DNA of 64,000 nt from a virus. Lineage: Duplodnaviria > Caudoviricetes. Position numbers and translations under genes: made by a program. Shown in pieces: positions 17,719-27,023 of this stretch. The notes under the pieces are model-generated. The model saw only the letters and a program-made list of their open reading frames with translations. It made no database searches and was not told the DNA's origin. Within the stretch, counting starts at the first letter, position 1. The number at the start of each line of letters is the position of its first letter. Where the stretch lies: positions 1-64,000 of the IMG/VR virus record IMGVR_UViG_3300032233_003207, one strand, 5' to 3'.

Positions 17719-18678
17719 TTATTTTAAAAACCATTGATTATTATCATACCAGTTTACTGTATCAACTATTCCATCTTTAAATTTTGTAGTTGGTTTCCAG
17801 CCTAGTTCTTTTATTTTAGAAATATCTACTGAATATCTAAAATCATGAGATTTTCTTGGATCTTCAATAAATGAAATTAATTCATGACCTTTATTCATAA
17901 CATTACAAATTTCATGAATAACTTCTATATTAGTAAATTCTTGATTTGCAGAAATATTATATATCTCATTATCTTTTCCAGAATTTATTATTTTAAATAA
18001 TGCTGAACAATTATCATATACATGAGTCCAGTCACGAATTTGCAAACCTTGACCATATATTGGTATTGGCTTATTTTCTAATATACATTTAATAGTTTTT
18101 GGCAATAGCTTTTCTGCATATTGTCTGGGTCCATAGTTATTTGAACTTCTTGTAATATTGTATTTTAATCCAAAAGATTCATATGCAGATTTTACTAATA
18201 ATTCTCCAGCTGCTTTTGATGCAGAATAAGGATTACGAGGATTAAGTGGGGCATCTTCTTTCCAGGAAGGATCAGATTCACTAGTTAACTGACCATAAAC
18301 TTCATCAGTTGAAATATAGATTAATTTTTCAACTTTACTTTTTATACAAGCATTAATAATTACTTGAGTTCCTAATATGTTTGATGTTACAAATGAATTG
18401 GGATCTTTTAGAGAATTATCAACAAATGATTCTGCAGCACCATGAACTACAATATCTGGCTTTTCAAATTGGAAAATTGTATCAATTACGTGCTGATCTC
18501 TTATATCAGCAATATGAAACGTATGATTTTTATTCCAATACATTGAATTTATTGAATTCAAACTAACTCTATCCAAGCTAATTAGTCTATATGGCTGCTT
18601 ATCATAGACAGCCTTTCTTACAAAGTTGCCGAAAATAAAACCACAACTTCCTGTTACTAAAATTTTTTTCTTGTCCAT
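17719..18678 (-). CDS. rmlB: dTDP-glucose 4,6-dehydratase-like NDP-sugar enzyme (extended SDR)
   Basis: AAESFVDNS, ISTDEVYG, PYSASK (YxxxK), NNYGPRQYAEKLLP, IRDWTHV and YNIS motifs. Confidence 0.88.
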   Translation of the reverse strand: MDKKKILVTGSCGFIFGNFVRKAVYDKQPYRLISLDRVSLNSINSMYWNKNHTFHIADIRDQHVIDTIFQFEKPDIVVHGAAESFVDNSLKDPNSFVTSNILGTQVIINACIKSKVEKLIYISTDEVYGQLTSESDPSWKEDAPLNPRNPYSASKAAGELLVKSAYESFGLKYNITRSSNNYGPRQYAEKLLPKTIKCILENKPIPIYGQGLQIRDWTHVYDNCSALFKIINSGKDNEIYNISANQEFTNIEVIHEICNVMNKGHELISFIEDPRKSHDFRYSVDISKIKELGWKPTTKFKDGIVDTVNWYDNNQWFLK

Positions 18679-18682
18679 AAAT

Positions 18683-19489
18683 TTAAATCAAATTATAATT
18701 TTTATTATTCAAATATGTATCGTGATCAACTATATATCGAGCGGTCCATTTATTAAAAAAATAATTAATATTATGTTGCATGAAAAGATTTTTCACTGGA
18801 TTTTTTTTAAGTGTAGCACTTTCTTCATGAAAAATATTTGTGTCTCCACAATATATTATTTTTTTATTTAAAAATTTGTTTATTTTTAAACATAAGTCTA
18901 TGTCTTCAAATGCCCAATGGTATTTTTCATCCATTTTATCAGATAAAGCATAATATTCTGCTTTAGTTAATAAACAAGCTCCTGTTACTGCTTGAAAATA
19001 TCTGTTTTTTGAAGAATTTAAATCATCCATTTCATTTATTCTAAAATGATGAGGAAGTTTATGTTTATTATGAAAAACTACACCCGCATGCTGTATTTTT
19101 TTTGTATTATTAAATAGTAATTTAGCACCTACAATTCCTACATCTTCTTTTAATAAGGAAATCATTTTTTTAATTGAATTTTTATCATTAAAAATGATAT
19201 CGTTATTTAATAAAAGGATTAAATCATTTGGTTTTGGATTAGCTATATTAAATATATAATTACATCCCTGAGAAAAATTTTGCAAATTATCTTTATAAGA
19301 AATAATCTCTATGTTTTTATTATTTAATGATTTCAAATAATCAATAGAGTTATCTGTGGATGCATTATCTTTAATTAGCCAATTATAATCAATATCATTT
19401 AGAGAATTAACTAGGCTTGGAGCTAGGTGTTTTAATTTATCTTCACCATTCCAATTTAAAGTAATTATATGTAGCTTACTATTTATCAA
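18683..19489 (-). CDS. GT2-family glycosyltransferase
   Basis: IITLNWNG, DNASTD, NFSQGCN, LLNNDI, VTGACLL, FEDIDLCL and HEES motifs. Confidence 0.9.
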   Translation of the reverse strand: MINSKLHIITLNWNGEDKLKHLAPSLVNSLNDIDYNWLIKDNASTDNSIDYLKSLNNKNIEIISYKDNLQNFSQGCNYIFNIANPKPNDLILLLNNDIIFNDKNSIKKMISLLKEDVGIVGAKLLFNNTKKIQHAGVVFHNKHKLPHHFRINEMDDLNSSKNRYFQAVTGACLLTKAEYYALSDKMDEKYHWAFEDIDLCLKINKFLNKKIIYCGDTNIFHEESATLKKNPVKNLFMQHNINYFFNKWTARYIVDHDTYLNNKNYNLI

Positions 19490-20508
19490 AGACCTACCCT
19501 AACTCCAAGCATAACTGAAACATTTGCATCTGTACCAACTTGAACAGAAGGTCCTACATACATATTATTCATAAGAGGAATATGCTTGCCTACATTATAA
19601 GCCGCAGGCGTTAAAATTAACTGCGGTTTTTTACTTATTGCATCAAATCCTGCACCAACTTCTAAAACTGAAAAATCTGGTTGATTTGAATATTTCCCGT
19701 AACTCATAATTCCTAAATTAACAGATGGTGTAAATTTACCTTCTACAGGATTTACTCCTACACCTCCATCTACACCTACAAATAATCTAGGATTCCAAAA
19801 ATTCCATTTATCTTCAGGATACTCTTCTTTAGTTGTAGCAGATTTAATAGGCAAATCATGAGGCTTACCATCTACATTAACTGTAACTTTATTGTAAAAA
19901 TAACTTCTTTGATTTTCGTCTTTGCCTACAACTGTAGCAATATTATATTCTCTTGGTTTAATATCAATACTCCATGGTTTGTCTTTCCATGCACTAAATC
20001 CAACGCTACCAATTGGAACTTTAGTGGTGCCAAAGTCTTCATCAAGATCTAAATTTTGCTGTTGTGCTAAATAACCAAAAGGATCTATGTTGGGACAAAC
20101 TGTACCATCTGGACATTTAGGTTTAGGTATAGGATCCGGATTTTTAGGACCTGTATTAGAAGTTGGTATATTAGTACCTTTTTGACCTAAGCTGCCAATT
20201 ATAGCGATATTAATTGCATATACGTCGCCTTTTAATTTTGACAAGTCTTCTTTAATTGCTTTTAAATTTATATTATTATCTTTAATAAATTCTTCTAAAT
20301 CTTTTTTAGAGGTGAATTCATTTTGACTTCTTACAATTCCATCTAGCAGCTCTTTTTGTTTTACTATTTGTGATTCAATAGCTACTTGTCTTTTATTAGT
20401 TTCAATTTGATTAAAAATAATAAATCCTAATAATCCAAATATAGTAATTATACAAAGTATAATTCCAACTCTTAGTAAAACTACTTTAGTAGAATCTGAT
20501 AATGTCAT
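19486..20508 (-). CDS. Membrane-anchored protein (N-terminal TM helix, coiled coil, C-terminal beta-strands), possibly lysis/spanin-like
   Basis: Hydrophobic stretch VVLLRVGIILCIITIFGLLGFIIF, then a coiled coil, then Gly-rich alternating strands ending VSVMLGVRVGL. Confidence 0.55.
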   Translation of the reverse strand: MTLSDSTKVVLLRVGIILCIITIFGLLGFIIFNQIETNKRQVAIESQIVKQKELLDGIVRSQNEFTSKKDLEEFIKDNNINLKAIKEDLSKLKGDVYAINIAIIGSLGQKGTNIPTSNTGPKNPDPIPKPKCPDGTVCPNIDPFGYLAQQQNLDLDEDFGTTKVPIGSVGFSAWKDKPWSIDIKPREYNIATVVGKDENQRSYFYNKVTVNVDGKPHDLPIKSATTKEEYPEDKWNFWNPRLFVGVDGGVGVNPVEGKFTPSVNLGIMSYGKYSNQPDFSVLEVGAGFDAISKKPQLILTPAAYNVGKHIPLMNNMYVGPSVQVGTDANVSVMLGVRVGL

Positions 20509-20553
20509 ATTTCCTCTTTTATTTCTGTTTAAATAATTTTTATTTTTTTAATG

Positions 20554-21255
20554 TCAAGACCAATTTTTAATAAAAATTTTACGAGCATGATTGTACAAAG
20601 CATAAGTATTTAATTGTTTGCTGGTTTGTTTTCCAAAATGTACAACAGGAATATTAACAATTTGCATTTTTATATTTAATTTTCTTGCTCGAAATGATAG
20701 GTCTGTATCTTCAAAATATGCAGTGCCATATTCTTCTGAAAATATTTGTGGATATACTCTATCAGTTGTAAATTTTGTTTCTCTAGGAATTTCTAATTTA
20801 TTCCAAATATCTTTAGATGCGCCTAAACACCAACCACTCATATAAGTATTTCCCAAAAGACCTCTATTAGCTTCTTTAACAAAATTCAAATCTTTATCTA
20901 AAAGACCCATAGTAGGACCTACTAAACCATTAGGGCATGACTCTATTATTGGCTTTGTCCATCCAGAATGATTAGACGATACTCTAATATCATTATTCAA
21001 AAATAAAACATTTGAAGCTGTAGACAATCCATATCCAATATTGCTTCCTGCAGCAAATCCCATATTTTCTTGATTTCTATGATAAACTATTTCTTTGCTA
21101 TTTTGTAATTGATTTTGAGTTTCATCTATAGATGCATTGTCTACTACAATAATTTCATGATCAGATGGCAATTTAGATAAGTCTTCTAAACATGCTTTTG
21201 TAAAATTCCATTTATTATAACATAAAATAACTATTGATAATTTTTTTTCATTCAT
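20554..21255 (-). CDS. GT2-family glycosyltransferase
   Basis: IVILCYN, VVDNAS, NMGFAAGSN, FLNNDI, SGWCL and YFEDTDLSFR motifs. Confidence 0.9.
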   Translation of the reverse strand: MNEKKLSIVILCYNKWNFTKACLEDLSKLPSDHEIIVVDNASIDETQNQLQNSKEIVYHRNQENMGFAAGSNIGYGLSTASNVLFLNNDIRVSSNHSGWTKPIIESCPNGLVGPTMGLLDKDLNFVKEANRGLLGNTYMSGWCLGASKDIWNKLEIPRETKFTTDRVYPQIFSEEYGTAYFEDTDLSFRARKLNIKMQIVNIPVVHFGKQTSKQLNTYALYNHARKIFIKNWS

Positions 21256-22376
21256 TGTGTTCTCTCTAATATTTTTTTAACTATTGATTGCCAACTATAT
21301 TCATTATAATAATTTTGTCTTTTATTCTCTAATAAAGAATTAATTTCATTATGCTTTTCTTTAGCTAGTCTTAATTTTTCTACAGCATCATCTACAGATG
21401 GCTTAAACCATATTGCATTGTTTTTGCTTTCCCAATACATACTACTAGGATCTGCTCTTTCTTCTTTTCCATCAATTAATAAAGAATTATAATCGTTTAA
21501 AAAATCTAATTGACCTCCCCAGTTAGGGGCAATTGCCATTTTACCAGAAACAATTGATTCAAGACCTGGAAAATAAAAGCCTTCACAATGAGACATTGTA
21601 AAAGTTGCATCAACGCTTCTATATAAAGAAGAAATATCTTGTATAAAATTTGACATCACTTTTATTTCTGCATGATTTGAATATTTTTCTTTAAACTTTT
21701 TTATTAAATCATTTAAAGACACATCAAACTGCATAGAAATTGGCTTGTCTTTTGCCTTAAGTATTAAGCACACGTCATCTTTATTTGAAAATGCTTTACC
21801 ATAAGCATCTAATAATCCCCAAATATTTTTTCTTTTGTGATTTTGTGCAATATTTGATAATATTTTAAAACTTTTTTTAGTAGGAAGATCGATTTTTGTA
21901 TTTTCACAATACTCTTCGGAAATACCATGAGAAACTACATCTACAAAATTTTCAGGCACACCAGAATCAATAAAAACTTTTTTGGCAAATTGAGATGGTG
22001 CTAAAATTTTATCACAGTATTTATAGTTTTTTGAAAAACCTGTAGGTAAAACGTTTTTCCCGCCCCACTCGTAGCACCAAATTCCAAATCTGTTTTTATT
22101 ACCATTTTGCAAATATATTGGAAAATTTTTCATAGCTGTATAGCTAATTTGGCAATCATAATTTTGATCTGGCACTTTTCCATAAAGTGTTCCGGGTTTT
22201 TGCTCTTCAGTATAGCCGATCAAATTAGACTTTAAATCATTAGGTAAATTTTCAATACCATCAGTAGAAAATAAATGAACCTCATGTCCATCTTTTATTA
22301 AAAATTTAGCTATTCCCCAACCACATACAGACCAGCTATGATTTTTACCAAGAAATTGTTTTATTAGTATTTTCAT
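21252..22376 (-). CDS. GT4 (GT-B fold) glycosyltransferase
   Basis: RKNIWGLLDAY and LYRSVDA...SHCEGFYFPGLE (E-x7-E motif). The start was moved to MKILIK at 22376. Confidence 0.88.
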   Translation of the reverse strand: MKILIKQFLGKNHSWSVCGWGIAKFLIKDGHEVHLFSTDGIENLPNDLKSNLIGYTEEQKPGTLYGKVPDQNYDCQISYTAMKNFPIYLQNGNKNRFGIWCYEWGGKNVLPTGFSKNYKYCDKILAPSQFAKKVFIDSGVPENFVDVVSHGISEEYCENTKIDLPTKKSFKILSNIAQNHKRKNIWGLLDAYGKAFSNKDDVCLILKAKDKPISMQFDVSLNDLIKKFKEKYSNHAEIKVMSNFIQDISSLYRSVDATFTMSHCEGFYFPGLESIVSGKMAIAPNWGGQLDFLNDYNSLLIDGKEERADPSSMYWESKNNAIWFKPSVDDAVEKLRLAKEKHNEINSLLENKRQNYYNEYSWQSIVKKILERTQ

Positions 22377-23058
22377 GTCTAATTTTTGATCCACCGTCAA
22401 TTGCATTTTGCTTTGCAGAGTATGGTCTTAGATTACTCAATGACCAGCACTTTTTAAAATTTTCATCTGCCATGTCGGTATATATCATATCTGATTGAGG
22501 AATAATATGATCAATTTGCCATTTCCAAGTTATTTGATTATTATCATCCCACTCTTCTGCCTTATAGGTCCCCCAATTTTGCCAATTCATCCATGGTTCA
22601 AATTGTTTTTCTAAATGATCTTTAAGTTGGATAATATCCCAATCAACATAATTTAAAAAAGAATTAAATTGTTTTTTTAAGCCTGAATTTTTAATAGCTG
22701 AACGTATAGATGATGAAATATTTTCTCTAATTTTAAATTGTAAATCGGTATTTCTTTTATTTTTTTTATATATATTTTTTTGATTTATTATTTCTTTTTT
22801 ATTAGCTATTCTATAAGCTTTTGCAGTTTCTTTATATTTACCTCTTCTAGATAAATTAATCTTGTCCCTATTTTTATCTCTATAAATTTTTGCACTAATT
22901 AATATTTTTTCTTTATTATTCTCTCTATATTTTTTTCTTTTATCTTTTATACAAAAAGTACAAATATATTCTGTACGAATTTTTCCTTTAACGGATCTTT
23001 CGTTTAAAATTTTAATAAAATTATGAATTTTACATAATTTATTATTTTTTGATTGCAT
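22345..23058 (-). CDS. Free-standing HNH-type endonuclease, probable homing element
   Basis: HLEKQFEPWMNWQNWG...WQIDHIIP...CWSLSNLRP..AKQN, a Lys/Arg-rich helical middle region and an N-terminal CxxC. The ATG at 23058 is preferred over the TTG at 23082. Confidence 0.85.
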   Translation of the reverse strand: MQSKNNKLCKIHNFIKILNERSVKGKIRTEYICTFCIKDKRKKYRENNKEKILISAKIYRDKNRDKINLSRRGKYKETAKAYRIANKKEIINQKNIYKKNKRNTDLQFKIRENISSSIRSAIKNSGLKKQFNSFLNYVDWDIIQLKDHLEKQFEPWMNWQNWGTYKAEEWDDNNQITWKWQIDHIIPQSDMIYTDMADENFKKCWSLSNLRPYSAKQNAIDGGSKIRHENTNKTISW

Positions 23059-23068
23059 CAAAATAATA

Positions 23069-26000
23069 TTAAGGGTTAACAAATTTTAATGTTAATCTAG
23101 CCATTTTACAAATTGCATTTTCTCCGGCATCAGATGGATCTAGGCTTAAATGTATTTCATAAATATAATCATCTAAACCATTTGGCAATAAATCTTTTAT
23201 GTCATCTGATGATAAAAATGTTGTAGATGTATTAGTTGTACTAAGCTCTGTGCTAGCGCTAACTAAATCAATATAAGAGGCTGTATTTACACAATAAAGC
23301 TGTACAATAGCAGTATTAGCAGCATTGGTTGTTTCTAATATTGCTTCTAATTTAATACTATCTAATCCTTGTAGTATATAATTATCAAATCTAAATTGAG
23401 TAGCCCCTATTACAACTGGAGTTGAATTATTATTTAGGAATAATCCAGCGGACGCATAAATGTGGATAGGATTTTTGTATAAGAAACTTTGATCTAACAA
23501 TCCATTAGAATCAGTTTTTATAATTTTATTTGCATCAGCCATGCCGCTTGATGAGGATATTACGCCAGGCAAATCTGATATAAATTGATAACTTAATCCG
23601 CTACCATTACTAGTTAAAACTGTTCCGAATACGCCTACACTGTTTAATCCTGTACCGCCATGAATAATAGGCAATATGCCACTAACATCAGACTCTAATT
23701 CTACTAGAGCCGAAGGTCCTCCTGCAACTGAACCGCTAAATACGCTAATTAATTTTAGCATATTTTGAACTTTTGTAGAATCAACAAAAATAGGTTGATT
23801 GTTGAATCCGCCCTTCTTTAAGAATACATTTACTTGTATTTTTGTGCTTAAAGTTTTAAGAGTCAAATCTTGATAAAGATTAGTAAAATTAAGAGTTAAA
23901 AGACCTGTAGTATAATCTACGCTGACACCAATTTTACCATCTACAATTGCCCCTGAGTATAGTTCATTACTTAATCCATTTATATTTGGAGAGAATGATT
24001 GTACTGATACAGAGAATCTTAATTGGTCTTTAGATAAAGCATCTGCAGTTACTAAAGAGCAGTCTGCAAACTTCATTGCAGGGAAACCTAATTTAGTTAT
24101 TCCTGTTAAAAGACCATTATCAGTAGTAGATGCAATAAAATCTTCTAAAATATTAATAGTTTTTTCTGTACCAAAAAATCCATCAGGTATTTCTAGCACG
24201 ATAGTGCCTACTTCAAAATCTACTTTATAAAAGTTTCCGTCAGGTCTATGTAATTCTCCGCCATCTCCAAGAATAAGATTCTCTGGAACAAAGAAATCTA
24301 TTTTTCCAGGATTGAATTCAGGTTCACCGCCATATACATTATATATAATACCTTCTTTATAACATTCTGGCTTATTAAGTACATTATTACTTGTAAATAC
24401 AGATGGCAATAATTTTGGCTTACTGTTACTAACAATTAATGATTCGTCCCAAGTTAATTTTTTCTCTATTCCCATTTGAATAGGAAAATCATAAAAATTA
24501 TGAGAGGCAAAAGTGCTATCATTAATAAAAATATCTGGTAATGGATGTATAGAGCCCGATCTTCCTGATAGTAAAGTTGAATAGTCATCATTTCTATCAA
24601 TGTATTGTTCTAGCTTTAATCTAATTACATTAAATCTAGTTCCAATTTTTGTATATTGAATAGTTGCAGGGGCTGGATAAGTGGTGGTTCCAGAAGATAC
24701 ATATGGTTGTCTTTGTATATAGCTATCTAATAAATATCCATCATTTAAAGTAACTGCAAAGTCTCCATCTATATCTGCTCTTAATATTTGACCTATAGTA
24801 TCACCATTTAAAAATACTTTTCTAACAGTTAATACGTCTGTTATTTCATCCATGTAAATAATATCAAAGCCACCATGATTTTCTGGAGCGACACTATCTA
24901 ATAAAACTAGTTTATAGGATTCTACGCCAATAATTGTACTAAATAAAATACTAGAACTTGTAAAGTTTGCTAATCTAGGATCAGAAGGATTAGTTACTAA
25001 TACGCCATCTGAGCCTGAAGCTACTACAGTATTATCTGCTGGATTAACTAATTGGAAATTAATTCCGAATAAATTAGAAAAAGGTTTATTATATGCAGTA
25101 TAACCATTAGTAAAAGTAGTGGTAACACTGTCCGTAGTTATTTGAGTATTTTGTGGTAGACCAAGATTTAAATTATAATCTAAATAAGTTTGTAGCAATA
25201 ATAAATCTCTATCTGATACAATACCATCTCCATCTACGTCTCCTAATATCATAGAACATAGTGAAGCATCGGCTATTCTATAATATTTTGTTGCATCATT
25301 ATAATTTGGATAAATTTTTGCATTTACTAAATCTCCATTTAATAAATTAGTAACTAAACTAGTCACTGAAGTATCATATCTTCCTACATCAGTAGAATCA
25401 TCAATTACTTTGATTAAAATTTCATCATTTACAATAGTGGCACTGTGTAAATTAGAAATTATTTCTGCAGAAATTGAATCTAAAAATTTTCTATTTTTAT
25501 CAGAGATTGCGCCAATCAATAATGGCTCAGATGCATCAGATAAATTTGCAATATCTATACTATTTAATAGTTTAACAGATGGTACAAATTGCTTTCTAGA
25601 TAAAATTGGCTGTCCAGTTCTTGAATCTGGAACTGGTGTAGTTTTTTCTGTAGAAGCAAAAACTGTAGCTCTATATACATCATTTCCTGTAAAAGATATG
25701 TTCTCTAAACAAAAATCTACATTAGCTTGAGATGAATTATCTTTAACAATTTTCTCTAAAGCAATTCCATGACCTGTGTCATATGCTTGACCATCTGAAA
25801 TTTTTGCTGAATCAGTATAAATTCTAAACCATAAATCTTGATCTGGCAAGTCAACCCATAAAGTTCCATTATAAATAGTAATTCTAGAATCGGTTTGTCT
25901 ATTATTTGAAGATGAAATTAAAATATCACACTTATTGGCTGATCCGCCTCTTTTAATAGTAAGTGCATAATAGTTGCCAGGCACTATTCCACTGCCGCCA

Positions 26001-27016
26001 GCACTAATAGTATTATTACTAAAAATAAAATCAACTGGTTGTGGAACTGAATCTAATACTATACCCTCTTGCTGTAAACTATTATGATTATAGCTTACTT
26101 GAGCGATTGGAATATTAGATGGTATAAATTCAATAGGTAAATTAGGTGCTATATCTGTAGGATATTGTACTCCAGACTGTAGAGAATAAATACTAACTAT
26201 TAAATCTCCTTGCCAATCTAAATCAGTTTCACTACCAACTATAGTATTTTGAGTAGATAATAATAAAGTAATTTTTTGTATATTATTTGTTGTTGCTAAA
26301 AACTTCTGACCTATTTGTGTAGTAACATCATTAACTAATAATATCTTTCTTTCTCGCTCTGTTGTAAAAATATTTAAAGTATCAATATTATAAAGTGGTA
26401 AAGCACTTTGTAACATGGCATCTAAATTAACAAAGCCATCTAAGAAAAAATCTCTAAAAAATAAATTAGGTTCAAGATCTTGAGATACCATAATAGCATC
26501 TCTAGATAAAGTCATAGGCTTTGCTTCTGAAATAACTATTCTTCCACCTAAATTCATTGAAAGATTAGGATTGCCTATAAAATCATTAAATAGTAATACT
26601 AAAAGTTTGGTATAATGTCTTTTACTTATTTGAGATTCATTAGATTTAAAATAAAAAGTTTCATATTGTAAATTATTTTCAAAATCTAAACCTATAATTG
26701 CAAATTTTATAGCTCTTTTTACAGATGCTTTAGAGTCAGTTAATTTAATTTCTATTTGGTTACCTAAATTATTATCTGTAGGCTGACTTTGAGAATAAAT
26801 TGGTAAACCATCTAAAAATCCAGATACTAATAATGAGTCAAATAATACATTCTCAACTAAAGATTCAGATAATACACCGCTTCCTAAATGATTATTTATA
26901 ATTCCTGATGTAATAGTATCATTATAGTTCTGCTCTAATGATAAATCAGTATTATCTACTTGTTGAGAGTCAAACCATATGTTTTGTTCTGCTGATATAG
27001 GGTTTCTTTTTGTCAT
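23069..27016 (-). CDS. Large virion (baseplate/fibre-associated) protein with two dockerin-like Ca-binding motifs
   Basis: Begins WFDSQQVDNTDLSLEQNY and contains GDVDGDGIVSDRDLLLL and ADIDGDFAVTLNDGYLL. A fibre-type LPIIHGGTG motif lies near the C-terminus. Confidence 0.65.
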   Translation of the reverse strand: MTKRNPISAEQNIWFDSQQVDNTDLSLEQNYNDTITSGIINNHLGSGVLSESLVENVLFDSLLVSGFLDGLPIYSQSQPTDNNLGNQIEIKLTDSKASVKRAIKFAIIGLDFENNLQYETFYFKSNESQISKRHYTKLLVLLFNDFIGNPNLSMNLGGRIVISEAKPMTLSRDAIMVSQDLEPNLFFRDFFLDGFVNLDAMLQSALPLYNIDTLNIFTTERERKILLVNDVTTQIGQKFLATTNNIQKITLLLSTQNTIVGSETDLDWQGDLIVSIYSLQSGVQYPTDIAPNLPIEFIPSNIPIAQVSYNHNSLQQEGIVLDSVPQPVDFIFSNNTISAGGSGIVPGNYYALTIKRGGSANKCDILISSSNNRQTDSRITIYNGTLWVDLPDQDLWFRIYTDSAKISDGQAYDTGHGIALEKIVKDNSSQANVDFCLENISFTGNDVYRATVFASTEKTTPVPDSRTGQPILSRKQFVPSVKLLNSIDIANLSDASEPLLIGAISDKNRKFLDSISAEIISNLHSATIVNDEILIKVIDDSTDVGRYDTSVTSLVTNLLNGDLVNAKIYPNYNDATKYYRIADASLCSMILGDVDGDGIVSDRDLLLLQTYLDYNLNLGLPQNTQITTDSVTTTFTNGYTAYNKPFSNLFGINFQLVNPADNTVVASGSDGVLVTNPSDPRLANFTSSSILFSTIIGVESYKLVLLDSVAPENHGGFDIIYMDEITDVLTVRKVFLNGDTIGQILRADIDGDFAVTLNDGYLLDSYIQRQPYVSSGTTTYPAPATIQYTKIGTRFNVIRLKLEQYIDRNDDYSTLLSGRSGSIHPLPDIFINDSTFASHNFYDFPIQMGIEKKLTWDESLIVSNSKPKLLPSVFTSNNVLNKPECYKEGIIYNVYGGEPEFNPGKIDFFVPENLILGDGGELHRPDGNFYKVDFEVGTIVLEIPDGFFGTEKTINILEDFIASTTDNGLLTGITKLGFPAMKFADCSLVTADALSKDQLRFSVSVQSFSPNINGLSNELYSGAIVDGKIGVSVDYTTGLLTLNFTNLYQDLTLKTLSTKIQVNVFLKKGGFNNQPIFVDSTKVQNMLKLISVFSGSVAGGPSALVELESDVSGILPIIHGGTGLNSVGVFGTVLTSNGSGLSYQFISDLPGVISSSSGMADANKIIKTDSNGLLDQSFLYKNPIHIYASAGLFLNNNSTPVVIGATQFRFDNYILQGLDSIKLEAILETTNAANTAIVQLYCVNTASYIDLVSASTELSTTNTSTTFLSSDDIKDLLPNGLDDYIYEIHLSLDPSDAGENAICKMARLTLKFVNP

Positions 27017-27023
27017 TGCGTTC

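Noticed and set aside
20529-20557. TTGACA at 20557-20552 as a sigma70 promoter for the membrane protein gene
   Set aside because: There is no acceptable -10 hexamer at 16-18 nt spacing, and the hexamer overlaps the GT2 stop codon, so it is probably coincidental.
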